From the NCBI GenBank assembly GCA_012295275.1, contig CM022665.1:62001-126000 (forward strand): a stretch of 64,000 nt of DNA. The letters run 5' to 3'. Under the pieces are notes generated by a model. It ran no database searches and had not been told where the DNA came from. It saw nothing but the letters and a program-made list of their open reading frames with translations. The translations under genes and the position numbers were made by a program. Of this stretch, positions 1-12,779 are shown in pieces. Source of the DNA: Chrysomallon squamiferum (lineage: Eukaryota; Animalia; Mollusca). How positions within the stretch are numbered: position 1 is the stretch's first letter; the number at the start of each line of letters is the position of its first letter.

Positions 1-1040
1 ATTAGGAATTTGGGCAGGTTGATAAACATTTTAATAACAGTTTTCTATATCCAGTAATCAGATATTTATGTCTGTAAATACGCTGATTTTTTCAAACACA
101 TTCTAACATTACTTCCTCTTTGTAAATTTTATATCAAATATTGAAGCGTTTTCCATGGTTTAATTCGACTCAAACACTCCAGTAAAATGGACATGGACCT
201 TGCATTTGGTTAAATAAAATAAAATAAGATGCAGAGACGACCTGCATATGTTTTGTTGTTTCTTTTTAACAATACGCATTAAATGAGCAGTAAAATCACG
301 AACACGCAGATTTTAGGAAGTATTAATTTCTGCGTGGTGTTTTTGAAAACAAAATCTCGTCTCCAGATCAGTTGTGTTTGAAGTGGTTTCCCATGGTTTT
401 ATTCGATTCAAACACTCCAGTAAAATGGACATGGACCTTGCATTTAGTTAAAGAGCTTATTAACATGACAGTTTATGAAATAATGATTACGTTTTAACCT
501 ATTTTACCACATTCAGATAAGAGAAGAAACTACCTTCTTTTGTATTTGTTACGAGCGACAACGAAAAGGTCACAAATATTGACCCGTTTGTGTCGCCCAT
601 TATTGAATATCGTTCTCAGTAACAGTTAAAAGTTTATAGACTACGTGCTAAAACAAATCAGCAATGTCTCAGTCATTTCCTCTTTTCAGAAATTATCATA
701 AAATGTAACCTCGGAGTTTCATTAATGTCCTAGTTTCGTTATCAGATACTTTGTCTGTCTGTGTCTTTGTTCATTTTTCTAATCTGAATAACTGTTATTT
801 AATAAATAATTATTTTCCTATATCCGCAAACTGCTGTTAATTTTACACATTTTTTATTTATTTGTATTTCTGAAATTATAGAGATTACACATGAATTGAA
901 ACGGAATATTAATTCAACATCTTACCTATATTTTGAACGATTTTAAATTTATTTATTTATTTTTCTTTTTTGTATCTTTATGTAAACATGTATACATGTA
1001 CCAAAAATCTCAAATTATTTCGAAGTCATGTATGGATCTT

Positions 1041-1074
<34 letters not shown>

Positions 1075-1130
1075 ATCATAACTGATTGTGCACTATGTTG
1101 TTTTGAATTTATCTTAAACGTCTGTTCCAG

Positions 1131-2882
1131 ATTCAAAAGTGAAGAATTCGAACATTCTTAACAGTTTTGAGAATAATCCAAATAACGTGAGTAATGGTGG
1201 AAAGTCAGAAAAAAGAGAAGGAACTGATTCGAAAGAAGTGGGTTCAGAAGCTGATACTATTGAAGAAGATGGATCAGATACTACAACAACTGATAGAAAT
1301 GAATCAACAGATTCAACTGTTGATAGACATGAATCAGAAGTTGCATATCCTGGTATAAATAAATCAGAATCTACAAGTATTCAAGAAAATCAATCAAAAG
1401 CTGCAGAAATTCATGGAAATGAATCAGAAGCTGCAACTAATGATGGAAGTAAATCAGAAGGTGCAGTTCGTGGAACTGAATCAGAAGGTGCAACTGTTGA
1501 TGGAAGTGATTCAGGAGCTGCAGCTGTTGATGGAAATGAATCAGAAGCTGCAAGCATGGATGGAAATGAATTACAAGCTGTAAGAATTGATAGAAATGAA
1601 CCAGAAGCTTCAGTAATTGATGGAATTGACTCAAAATGTGCAGCTATTCATAGAAATAAATCGGAAGTTGAAAGAACTGACGGATATAAATCGGACGATG
1701 AAACTGCTGCTGCAAATGAATCACAATCTGCAGTAGTTGATAGAAATGTATCAGAAGGTGCAGCCATTTATAGAAATGAATCATATGCTGCAGGAGTTGA
1801 CATAAATGAACCAGAAGCTGCAATAATTATTGCAGAAGGTGCAGTTGATGGACATGAATCAGAAATTGCAAGAATTCATAGCAGTGAATCAGAACATACA
1901 ACTGTTGAGGTGAATGAATCAGAAGGTACAAATATTGATACTAATCAATCGGAACAGCTGAGTAGTGACCTAACAAGATCAAATGTTGTTGAAACTAACA
2001 AAATAATACATGAAAACACTGATGAGAATGAACTGCAACAGGAAGTTTTCGCGGAAACAGAATCAGCCGTTCCTGGTAACCAGAGAAATCAAAATGGAAT
2101 GATGAGAAATGATGAATTAAGGACAGAACCTTCAGACACTGTCAGATACAGGAGGGAGTGGGACCGATATGCGACTTACTTAGGATTTTCTCTAACCTCA
2201 GCCTGGCCAAGTCGTCTTGCAGCTGCTGGATTCTACTTCACTGGGACTGGTGATTGCGGTGTCTGCTTCAGCTGTGGTCAGAGCTATGATCACTGGAGAC
2301 CTGGAGATAGCCCAATGGCAGTTCACAGACAAATCTCTCCAAGCTGTAGATTTGTCCTGGGAGAGGAAGAAAATGAGCCGATTCGGGTAAGTGAGAATGA
2401 TGAGCAGAGACTACAAGAATTCCTGGGCAGATTAACTGTACCAGTATCGGAATTTTCTGCTATTCAAAGTGACACACTTCGTAATCGGAGCGAGTCTGAA
2501 AGTTCAGTTAGTGACAATGAAGTGTTTGGAGTCTCTGAAACATCTGCTGTTAACACCAGTGATATGGCTAAAAATACTGTTTCATTTGCTGTTAATGATA
2601 CAATTCCTTCTTTTACCGGTGAGAGTTCTATCAGTGGTGATGCTGTTGCCTCTAATGATTCTCATCAAAGTTCTTCACAGCTCAGTCTCAGTAATTTACC
2701 AATCCTTCAGCTGTCTGGTTTTATGTCTGGAAGCTCCTCTACATCAGCCCCGACATTGCATGCACCACGTCACCCCGAGTACGTCGACGTACAACGACGT
2801 ATTTTGTCTTTTCAAAACCGATGGCCACATCCTGACAACCAGTCTCAGAGAGAGCTCGCAGAAGCCGGTTTTTTCTTCTCTG
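1131..2882 (+). CDS. Copy A large exon: acidic decapeptide repeats, BIR1, S/T linker, first half of BIR2
   Basis: Acceptor tctgttccag|at, donor tctg|gttagt. Encodes [14 protein letters not shown]-x16-H-x6-C and [18 protein letters not shown]. Confidence 0.9.
1220..1950 (+). repeat. Coding 30-bp degenerate tandem repeat ([10 protein letters not shown] decapeptide, about 20+ copies)
   Basis: Recurring gatggaaatgaatcagaagctgca with 30-nt period; mirrored in copy B at about 24730-25460. Confidence 0.8.
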
Positions 2883-3642
2883 GTTAGTGTTACTGCTACT
2901 TAATTACAAATCTTCACATTTTAATGACAATATTAATTTCAATGTTAACTTAAAACACAACATTTTAATAGTTACTGGAATTGTTTTACATTTTAATAGT
3001 CATTTGAAATCTTTCACATTTCAATAGTCACTTGATGTCTTCGACATTTCAGTAGATATTTAAAATGTTTGATATTTTATTAATCTTAGAGAATCTTTGG
3101 CATTTTAAGAGTGAAATTAAATTTGCAGCATTTTAATCTTTATTTCTAATTTAAACATTTTGGTAGGTATTTGAAATTTTTGATATTTTGATATTCATTT
3201 GAATACTTCAGTATTTTAATAATCATTTGACTTTTTTGACATAAATAAACGTGAAGTTTTTTAATGTCTTTTGAAATTCTTTGATATTTTTAATTCTTAC
3301 AGCATGAAATACATTTGAGTAGTAACAGGGAACTGATTATTGTTACAGACAAAATAACATGCAAAAAACAAAAACATAAAGATTCCAAACAAAATAAAAT
3401 GAAACAAAAATAAATAAATAAATAAATAAAAAGTCATCTGAAAATCTGGTGGAACAGCATACTTTAATTTTAATTCATGAAATTATTCTGTGTTTTTATT
3501 GGAAAATGTAATTTCTAAAGCTCTTCCTTTTGTTCTTATTATTAAAAAGATAAAACACAAAAATAAACACGCACAAACATAATTTCTTTGGTGTATTATT
3601 TTATTTTGTTGTTATTGCATATAATAATTTGTGTATATGTTT

Positions 3643-3684
<42 letters not shown>

Positions 3685-3731
3685 AGATGAAATGTTAACA
3701 GTTATGAACAAGCACATTCATGTATACACAG

Positions 3732-3910
3732 GTAATTCACGTGACAGCACGTCCTGCTTTTACTGTGGCGGAGGACTTAGAAATTGAATGCAGGGAGATA
3801 ACCCTTACGTGGAACATGCCAGATGGTTTCCACGATGCGATTTCATCAGACAGGTGAAGGGAGACAGCTTTGTTGATTTGGTTCAAGAAATGAATGAAAA
3901 TGAAGAGGAG
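3732..3910 (+). CDS. Copy A BIR2 second-half exon with in-frame stop
   Basis: cag|[41 protein letters not shown]|gtaact. Confidence 0.88.
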
Positions 3911-4174
3911 GTAACTAGGTGCCATTTTTAGCTTTACCATGTAATTATTAAACTTGTATAACTACATATATTTGTTTTCTCACAAGGAATTCAGAAGTTT
4001 CATAAATTTAATTCACATTTCTAATCTTTTCTCTCTCTCTGCCTTTGAACATTTTTATTTATTTATTTAGTTTGATAGTTGGTTAGTAAGTTCGATATTT
4101 ATTAAGTTTAGTTTGCAATTTTTGATGAATCATCTTTTGTCATTATTATTATTATTATTTAAAATTTATTTTAG

Positions 4175-4253
4175 ATTAACTATAACCAAGTGATGGATAT
4201 TTTAAATGATTGTCGACCTACTTTTGAACGTCTTGGAATTAAAACACGTCAAG
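4175..4253 (+). CDS. Copy A linker exon (79 nt)
   Basis: ttttag|[27 protein letters not shown]|gtaagt; conserved in copy B. Confidence 0.8.
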
Positions 4254-4435
4254 GTAAGTTTTAACTTTAACAAAATTCTCGATTTACCAACAAAATTCTA
4301 TAGATTGCACAGTGTCACCAATTAATGTGAAGATAAAAGTATTTAATACTTTACATCCCACAAAGTAACATTTTAAATGAGATCACGTCAGTAGAATTAA
4401 TATTATAAATATTTGTTTTCATTCTTTTCGTATAG

Positions 4436-4513
4436 CTGATGGGTTCGTTGTTTCTGAAGGAAGGAGTGATGAATTTATCGAAACCACAAGAAACACAGAA
4501 CATGCAACTGAAG
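4436..4513 (+). CDS. Copy A symmetric linker exon (78 nt, phase 1-1)
   Basis: tatag|[26 protein letters not shown]|gtatat. Confidence 0.75.
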
Positions 4514-5070
4514 GTATATTGCAGTTTTATTTCACTACATTTTATTTGTTTGTTTCCTTGCTTGCTTGTTCGTTTATCTATTATTGTTGTTATTGTTATC
4601 ATTAATAATATTGATATTGTTGTTATCATTATTACTGTATTTTTTCTTGTTATCGTTGTTATTGCATTTATTATTATTAATATTACTATTATTACACTTT
4701 ATTCGTTCATTTTAGTTATTATTTATTTATTCATTTATTTATTCATTACTGATTATGATATTATTGTTGTTGTCACTGATGTTACTGGTGTTCCATTTAT
4801 TATTATTATTAGTAGTAGTAGTTGTAGTACTAGTAGTACTGATATCTGATATATTTAAGAAAGAAACAAATACAGTAAACCTTTTTGTATATTCGCAAAG
4901 CTTTTACTTTTATGATAAAACCTACAAGCTATTTGTTTACAAAGGTTATGTGTAACAAAGTATAAAAGTCATTTGATTTATTTTAAACTGTTCTTTGTTA
5001 CAAAATATACACATTACTTAACGTACAAGAATTATATTGTTTTTATTACGTACTCTTTGATATTTAACAG

Positions 5071-5249
5071 ATTCCCTGCTGGATGACAATGAAGAACTCA
5101 TCTGCAAAGTTTGTCTTCAAAACAACAGCAGAATGGTTTTCCTGCCCTGCGGTCATCTTTGTTGCTGTGAAGATTGTGCGTCCAGACTGCGAAGATGTCC
5201 ACTTTGTAGAGAGATAATCCTAGCCACTGTGCAAGCTTTCTTGTGTTAA
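5071..5249 (+). CDS. Copy A terminal RING-finger exon
   Basis: aacag|[59 protein letters not shown], a typical IAP C-terminal RING. Confidence 0.92.
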
Positions 5250-5267
5250 TCTGATTCTGACCGTTTT

Positions 5268-5322
5268 TATTATTATTATTATTATTTTTCTATTTTATTA
5301 TTAATATTATTACTATTATTAA

Positions 5323-5362
<40 letters not shown>

Positions 5363-5407
5363 TTTCTATTTTATTATTAATATTATTACTATTATTACTA
5401 TTATTAA

Positions 5408-5450
<43 letters not shown>
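5268..5450. repeat. (ATT)n microsatellite after the stop; counterpart at 20230-20323 in copy B
   Basis: Direct reading. Confidence 0.9.
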
Positions 5451-5452
<2 letters not shown>

Positions 5453-5482
5453 GACGATATGTTGAATTTTAATTCATTTTAA

Positions 5483-5620
5483 TTTGGTGTCAGTGGACAG
5501 TTTCCTCGCGAGATTGTGGAACGCAGAAAACGTTTATGGTCAAAGTTTATTGAAAACATGGACTGCGTGTGACATTAGTAGTTGACAGACTTTTTATTGA
5601 AGGAAGTCGATGGTACTTAG
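5483..5620 (+). mobile_element. Degenerate non-LTR retrotransposon ORF1 C-terminal fragment
   Basis: Translates FGVSGQFPREIVERRKRLWSKF and, after a frameshift, LVVDRLFIEG, resembling invertebrate LINE ORF1p C-terminal motifs. Confidence 0.6.
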
Positions 5621-7560
5621 ATACTCAGACACAAGACAGACATCACGAATCGAACATCCACAGATTACAAATTGTAAATCCAGACAGGCGTGTCCATAGT
5701 TTCTCCTCAGAGACGGAACAGCGTGCCTAGAACAGCCGGAGATCAACACTGGCGTCAGTCAAGATGAACTGACTGAAATATCTAACAACCACTGTCACAC
5801 AAACACAGTTAACACTTCTGTCTCTGTAAATATTGTATTTTTAAATCTTTTCCGCTTGAAAACTAAACTGTATATACCAGAATTTTAAAACGTTTTTAAT
5901 CAGTATGATATTTTGTGTTTAGTAGAAACAAAACTTGATGATACTGATAAGGTAGAAATACCAGCTTGAACACGTGGACCTTGAATTTAGTTAAAGAATT
6001 TAATAACATAACCAGTGTTTGAAATAATAATTACGTTTTAACATATTTTATTATATTATAATAATAGAGAAAAAAAAATTTGTTTGTTTTTGTTCTAAAC
6101 GACAACCAAAAGGTCGCAAATACTGACCAATGTGTATCACCACTCTTAATAATAGTTGGGATGTATAGAGTGAGTGTTCAGACAAACATTTAAAATTATC
6201 GGTTCTATTTTGCTAACATTAGGAAATATTTCCGTGTTCATTCTTTCTTTTCTGAAATCGAAACCTCTGTTTTTACAACGGAATAAAATATTTCCTGTAA
6301 CGTTGGACAACAGAGTATATAATCATATGAGAAAATTAAACGAAATATCGATGTGTTTGAGCTGTTTACAGAAGCAATGTGCTTACGAATCGTCAAATGA
6401 AATTCTACTGGTATCTTATAATTTAGATAGACTATTTATTTATTTATTTATGCGAGGGTATCTGTGAAACCTTTAACCAGTTTTCACAGGACGATAACAA
6501 AAGTTACTGTTAGACACAATATGAAAAGTTTAGTTTTGCAAGTGGGCTTTGTAAATACAGAATATTATACATAATCTGTTCTTGTTATTGTGCTACCATT
6601 TAGATCAGCTTTATTCCTGTCAGAGTTGGTTTTATGGACAACGTACAGGAAAATCCAAAGATTCCAGATTGACTACTGTTTAATAGGAAGAGTATTCAAA
6701 GAAAATAAACTGCAGTAGCTGTAATAAAAATAAAGATCGGTGTATTTTTACTGTACTTAAAGTAATATATTTTAATATTATTATATTTTATACACGGCAC
6801 ATTAGTATAATTACAAAATATCATTTGAAGCAGAACATCAAAAGAAACGATTAGCAATTTTGTAAACTGGATAAGTTGTTTGTGAGCTACGTCAAATCAA
6901 AGATGCTAAAATGTCCGAACATGAGAAAAAGTGTGCCCTTAATTACGTTACGTCTAGAAACAAACGCAGCACAAGAAATGTCAAATGTTTTGCTGTTCTT
7001 GTACATTTACGTTTCTAGTTTCAACAATTTCTATCCAGATGTCAAATTGTAAATGCTATTAAAACAAACACTTTGAAAGTCAACTATGAACATTATGTTA
7101 TCCAATGTAATGACATTGACACTGCACGGACCCATCTCTCAACACAGAAAGTGAAAATAGTGTATTGCTCCCGTAACATTTAAAAACAAATTTATACATA
7201 GTTGATCCCTACTTGATAAAGATAAATAATTATGTATTGTTTGGAGTATAAAGTATACTTATATTTGATTTTAATAATAAAAAGTGTAATAATGTAAAAC
7301 CAATAGACGAATGAATTGTTTCCAGCCCCTACAAGTACAATACAACTAACAACCCAACACCCCTAACAAATATGGAATAAATTTGCCAGTCATTTTGAAA
7401 GAGAGCAGCGGAGCGTTCCATTACAGTATTGAAGGGGGTTGATATTTTCATAAATTACGCCAAAATGTTATTAAATATCAAAAATTATTCATACATAAAA
7501 TAAATAGCATTAAACAAAATTAGATTTTGCATTTTCAAGTCAGTGGTTACATAATGGCAG

Positions 7561-7935
7561 TTAATCGTCTTCTGAATTATACAAGCTATTTTCACTACTG
7601 CGGACGAACAATCCGCCATTTAGTACATGTTCGCCTTGTGTTCGGTTCAAAAACTGTCCTAGTAGTACTTCAGCCCACCATTATTTTGATCTAGAACTAA
7701 TATATACTTGTTCGGGAGATATGTATTTACATAATAGGAATATGAATTTAATTTAATCGTCTTCTGAATTATACAAGATATTTTCACTATTGCAGACGAA
7801 AAATACTCCATTTTAATATTTGTTCGCCGTGTGTTCGGTTCAAGAACTTTGCAAGTAGTACTTCAACCCAACATTATTTTGATCTAGAACTAATATATAC
7901 TTGTTCAGGAGATATTTATTTACATAATAGGAATA
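7561..7935. repeat. Two-copy ~192 bp tandem duplication
   Basis: ttaatcgtcttctgaattatacaag at 7561 and 7753. Confidence 0.85.
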
Positions 7936-9411
7936 GTGATATTAATTTAATTACATTTTATTCCAGGAAAATTTAGTTTTTGCTTCTTTCTTCGAACGAT
8001 TACAGGTTAAAAATAACTCTGACGTTGTTTTCACTGTGATCACGTAATGCAGACAGGATTTTCCTTCAAAATGAATGCTCATTGGTTTATTTGTATGAAC
8101 TTCCTGAAAGCATAATCGTTTGTTGAAGTGAACGGTTACTTCGCAGCACACACACACAAAAAAAAACAAAAATGGAAACGCGCGTATCGATTAACGCACT
8201 GTTTTATTTGTTTTATATATCTAAAACAAATATTAGTAACATAACACAATTACAGTATTATATTTTAATGACATTTAATGAAGACTTTTGTTAATTTATC
8301 TAAATAATATTAAAGCTCATTATGTACAATTTGAAAAACAAAGGAATTCGCGTAACGTCATCTAGGTTTAGCGAATTCCCTAGTATGATGTACAAGGAAA
8401 TAAATTAATAAATAAATAAATAATATTACATAACATAATGTCTGTTGCCTGTATTATGATATTTTTCTTATTAGCGGTTCAGTGGAAAGTCGCCCAGTGT
8501 ATTCATAACCCTTTTTTTTTACAGTTTATTTCAATCACGTGATCGTTACGACATAGTGACGACCCAGATACGTCTTGTTGTCCATTTTTATCGATGTGTC
8601 TTTAAAGAAATAATTTGATTAGGAATTTAGGTATGTTGATAAACATTTTAATAATAGTTTTCTGTGACTAGTAATTTATGTCTGTAAATAAATCTATATT
8701 TTTTGAATGTACGAAAGGGATTTTAATATTACTTCCGTGTTTACGTTGTGTAAATTTTCGAAGATAAAGAAGTTTTTTTCGTTGATTTTTGAAATAGTAA
8801 TTAGGTTTTAACTAGTTTTACTATCTTCAGATAATATGTAAAACGAACTTCTTTTATATTTATTACGAGCCACAACGTAAAAGTAGCTTTACTTTACTTT
8901 CGTAAATTCAGTAAGAAGTATGATTTGTTTTTTTGTTGTTGTTTTTTTGAAACACTAACTATGAAACAAAGAAATAATTGGCTACATACACGGTTCATAC
9001 ACCCAATAAAACAGTATAGCATTAAAATATTGATATCTCGCAATTTCAGTAGCTTACAGGACGCTACCCTGATTTTTACGTAACTCATATCTTTCAATAA
9101 AGATACAAGCATCAATATCTATAACGTATTTTAATTAATGAATATCACTCAGTGATTTCGAAATATTGCAAGTCAGACAAATGTCTCCTTCACTTCCTTG
9201 TTTCAAAATTTATCGTAAAAGGTAATCTCGAAGTTTCATTAATGTCCTGGTTTCCTTGTCAAATAGTTTGTCTGTCTGTGACTTTGTGCATTTTTCTAAT
9301 TTGAATGACTACTACAGAAATATAATAGGTGAAAAATAATTATTTTCAAATAAACGTTAGCTGATGTTAATTTTGCACATTTTATGTTTATCTATATTTC
9401 TGAAATTACAG

Positions 9412-9480
9412 GTTTAACCCGTGAACTAATGAAAATCATGCTACAGAGAACTTGTTCCCTATTAAATGCTGTTCAAAACA
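9412..9480 (+). pseudogene. Orphan micro-exon relic, paralog of exon 27045-27113
   Basis: Same acceptor (tatttctgaaattacag|gtttaacc). LTRELMKIMLQRTCSLLNAVQ vs LTDKVMEINLHKTCSPLNIVE. No donor at the expected position. Confidence 0.55.
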
Positions 9481-9901
9481 TCACAATAGAAGTGCGTACA
9501 AAACAAAACCTGCATACAATGTTAAATTAATATTCTGGACCAGGACATTAATGAAGTTCTGAGATAACTCTTCATGATACATTTGTGAATAAGGAAGCAA
9601 CAAAGACACTTAATACATATTCAGTAATTAAAAAAACGTTCTAGATGTTGATGTTTGTATGTTTATTGAAAGACACGCGTGGTAGGGTCGTGTGAGCTAC
9701 TAAAATTACGAGATAACCGTCCTCAAGTGAGACATCCTTCCAGAGTAGAATTAGACAGTTATGTTCTTATTCAAAAGTAAATTGCTGCTGAACTTACCAC
9801 CAGTTTAATCTGATAACGTTCAGTTTATAAATTACAACTTATCAAACAAAACTGTGTGTTCTTTCATCACAGTTAAGAAAACATTAAACTAAAAAGTTTA
9901 C

Positions 9902-10014
9902 CTCTACATGAATCTCCTGTGTTTTTCACTTTTAGTGACTTTGTACTGTAGTGCAGCGTCCACGAACAGTTTGACATTCCCATTTTCGTCTGTTTATCTT
10001 TTAGATCTCTACTT
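9902..10014 (-). pseudogene. Orphan micro-exon relic (113 nt, 1 nt short of symmetric)
   Basis: catattacag|...agag|gtaaac in the same intron scaffold as exons 50079 and 52140. Confidence 0.5.
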
Positions 10015-10319
10015 CTGTAATATGAAATTAAAATAAACATTTTAGAATTAACATCACTGGAGCCTTGGTCACCCTATTTCCAGCTGGCCTGTTTAGCATT
10101 GTAGAATACTACTATGACATTTTATAGCTGTAAATATTATTCACAAATTGTATGTTTGAGATCTAAAATCTGATAAAACGTAGAATATATTCAAATGAAT
10201 GCAAATTTATATGACTCGTCTTTCTTTCTTTGTCGGAGACTAACAAGCTCAGAAAATTCCTGCAGGAGAAAATGGGTTCTTTTCAAACGAATTTAATCTG
10301 TGGTAAATAATTATATACA

Positions 10320-11340
10320 CAGTTCTCGAACGTTCCCGGAAATATTTTAGTCCGTTGTAAGCGACAGAGGTTTCGGTTTCAGAAACGAAAGAAATAACAC
10401 GAAAATATTTTATGAAGTTAGCAACATAAATCTAATAATTTTAAATATTTGTTTTAGCATTTACGCTATAAACTCCTATTAATAAAAATGATATTCAAAA
10501 GTGTAGGGACAGAAACGGGTCAAAATTTATGACCTTCAGGTATTGTTTGTAACAAATTATCTGAATATAATAATATATGTTAAAACCTAATTATTATTTC
10601 AAACACAGGTCATGTTATTAAACTCTTAACTAAATCCAAGGTCTACGTGCCTATTATCTATACAATCGAATGTTTTACGTCACTCACTGAATCGAATAAA
10701 ATCGACGAGAAAATGTTCGTTATTAGCTCTGAACATTTACACAAAGTAAACAAGGAGGTAATGTTAAAATCAGTTTCATACATTTAAAAAGAACATAAAT
10801 CTATCTACCGAAATAAATATATATTTACAGGCATAAATTATTAGATAGAGAAAACCTTTATTAAAATATTTATAAACTTAATTAAATTCCCAGTAACATT
10901 GTTTCTATAAAGAACAGCTCAAACTCTTTGATATATTAAAAATAGACAACACAATGTATACGGGTTTTCTCGACCTCGTAACGATCACGTTTTCAAACTA
11001 CGTGTACAAAAGTGATATAAATAAATTTGTTAACATTCCAGAAATCTAACACTTATTGAGAATAATCTCATAACTTACTAGATACATAAAACCGTTATTA
11101 AAGTTTTTGTAAACTTACCTAAATTCCGAATCAAATTATTTCCGTAAAGAACAGCTCAGACACATCGATACATTAGAAACAGACAACAATCTGAGTCGTT
11201 TCTATGTCGTAACGATCACGTGACTGAAATTACGTGTACAAAGTGATATAAATAAACTTGGCGACTTTGAACCGCTAATAAGAAAAATATCATAATCTAG
11301 GCAACAAACATAATTTAATTTAATTTAGTTTAATTTAATT
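10320..11340. repeat. Segmental duplicate of ~58110-59090 (and 11410-11870 of ~62300-62810)
   Basis: Long near-identical stretches, e.g. gtgtagggacagaaacgggtca and cgacctcgtaacgatcacgttttcaaactacgtg. Confidence 0.85.
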
Positions 11341-12160
11341 TAATTTAACTTATTTATTTTTTTATTTTTTTTATTTACCTGAGTACATTATATTTTATTC
11401 TAGTAAAAGTTGACGTAGGCGCAAACATTATTTATTTATTTTTTTATATATATATTTTTTTCTTTTTCTTAAATACAGAGAAAGATGAACTTACGCTCTT
11501 ATTTACATTAGCAACATTTCTGAACCGATTTTTGATTGAAAACTTGATTTCATCTTTCGGGGTTGTAAATCTAAGTCTTCTAAGTTATAGACTGGCACCG
11601 CGTACAGATTCGTTATTTTTCTTATTGCTTTCTGTTTTCTTTTTACTTATATAATAAATAATCAATAATAAAGAATAATTAAATTTCCACTCTCCTCTAT
11701 CTTTTTTAAATTGACTTAAGTTTAAATTTAAAAGTATAACCGAGAGGACCAAGTTCTTTTTTCTTATTACTGAGTTTCCTTTTTCTTTTCTTCTTCTTCC
11801 TTTTTTCTTTTTTCCTTTTTTTATTTTAGAAGATTACAATACAGTTTTGTAAATAGATCTTTTAAATCATATAATTTCAAGTTCTTGGTAATTTTTTGTT
11901 GTGATTTCAGATGGTTAAAATCGTCAAATATCATATGTTATTTTGTTGAATTGTTCAGTACAGTCTAAAATATGTATTGTTTAAATTAGAACCATATATA
12001 TTCACAAGATATTCTCTCCTTGTTATATGTATTGCAGTTTTAACTTGTTTTAAAAACATCGGTTAATTATTCTTAATTTCGACATTTTCCCCAACGAAAA
12101 CATTTTTAAAAGGAAGACGAACAACATAAAATAAACACGTTTCTTGACCAAGTATTAAAA

Positions 12161-12221
<61 letters not shown>

Positions 12222-12747
12222 CATACTGTTAATAATAATGCTAATAATAATAAATAAGAGAATTAAAGGAAAGTAAGAAGGTAACTAAAAAAACATTTTT
12301 AAGGTAGAAAGCAAGGAAAAAGAAAATATAATAAGAAAAACAAACAAGTAAACATTTTGAAATAAACAAACAAACAAATATATAAAGTTATTTATCTTGG
12401 TCATGTAATTTATTATCTCTGTCTCTCTCCCCCCACACACCCACACCCCCCCACACACACACACACAGATACATACACACACAAGTACATAATTGTATGT
12501 AATTTGAACTTCTTTTAAAAATATCGGTTAATTATTTTTAATTGTGACATCTCCAACGAATTTTTAGGGCAGAAAGGAAGTAAAAATAAAATAAGAAAAA
12601 CAATAAACAACTTAGCTTTTTGATAAAAGGGCCCGGTTTCCCATCCTCATTTATAAAATAAAACCATTTTAATTGTAATTGTAAAATACTTAAAATAACA
12701 AACAAACAAATACATAAAGTTAGTTAGCGTGATCATGTAATTTATTA

Positions 12748-12779
<32 letters not shown>

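Larger units (their letters stand above)
1131..5249 (+). pseudogene. IAP (BIRC-family) gene copy A: acidic repeat region-BIR1-BIR2-linker-RING, 5 exons visible, premature TGA in BIR2 (pseudogene or truncated allele)
   Basis: Exons 1131-2882, 3732-3910, 4175-4253, 4436-4513, 5071-5249 have AG/GT ends and compatible phases (1,1,0,1,1). Two Cx2Cx16Hx6C BIR motifs and a C3HC4 RING. TGA at 3785-3787 where copy B has TGG. Confidence 0.85.

Noticed and set aside
228-370. Possible tiny MITE (gagacga/tcgtctc and cacgcaga/tctgcgtg inverted pairs)
   Set aside because: Inverted matches are only 7-8 bp, with no TSD or second copy in the window.
1139-1141. GTG start of the 582/649-aa ORFs
   Set aside because: It lies 8 nt inside a splice acceptor; this is an internal exon and the start call is a bacterial-code artefact.
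3785-3787. TGA as selenocysteine or Trp recoding
   Set aside because: Paralogs have TGG, other Trp codons are TGG, and no SECIS is recognisable.
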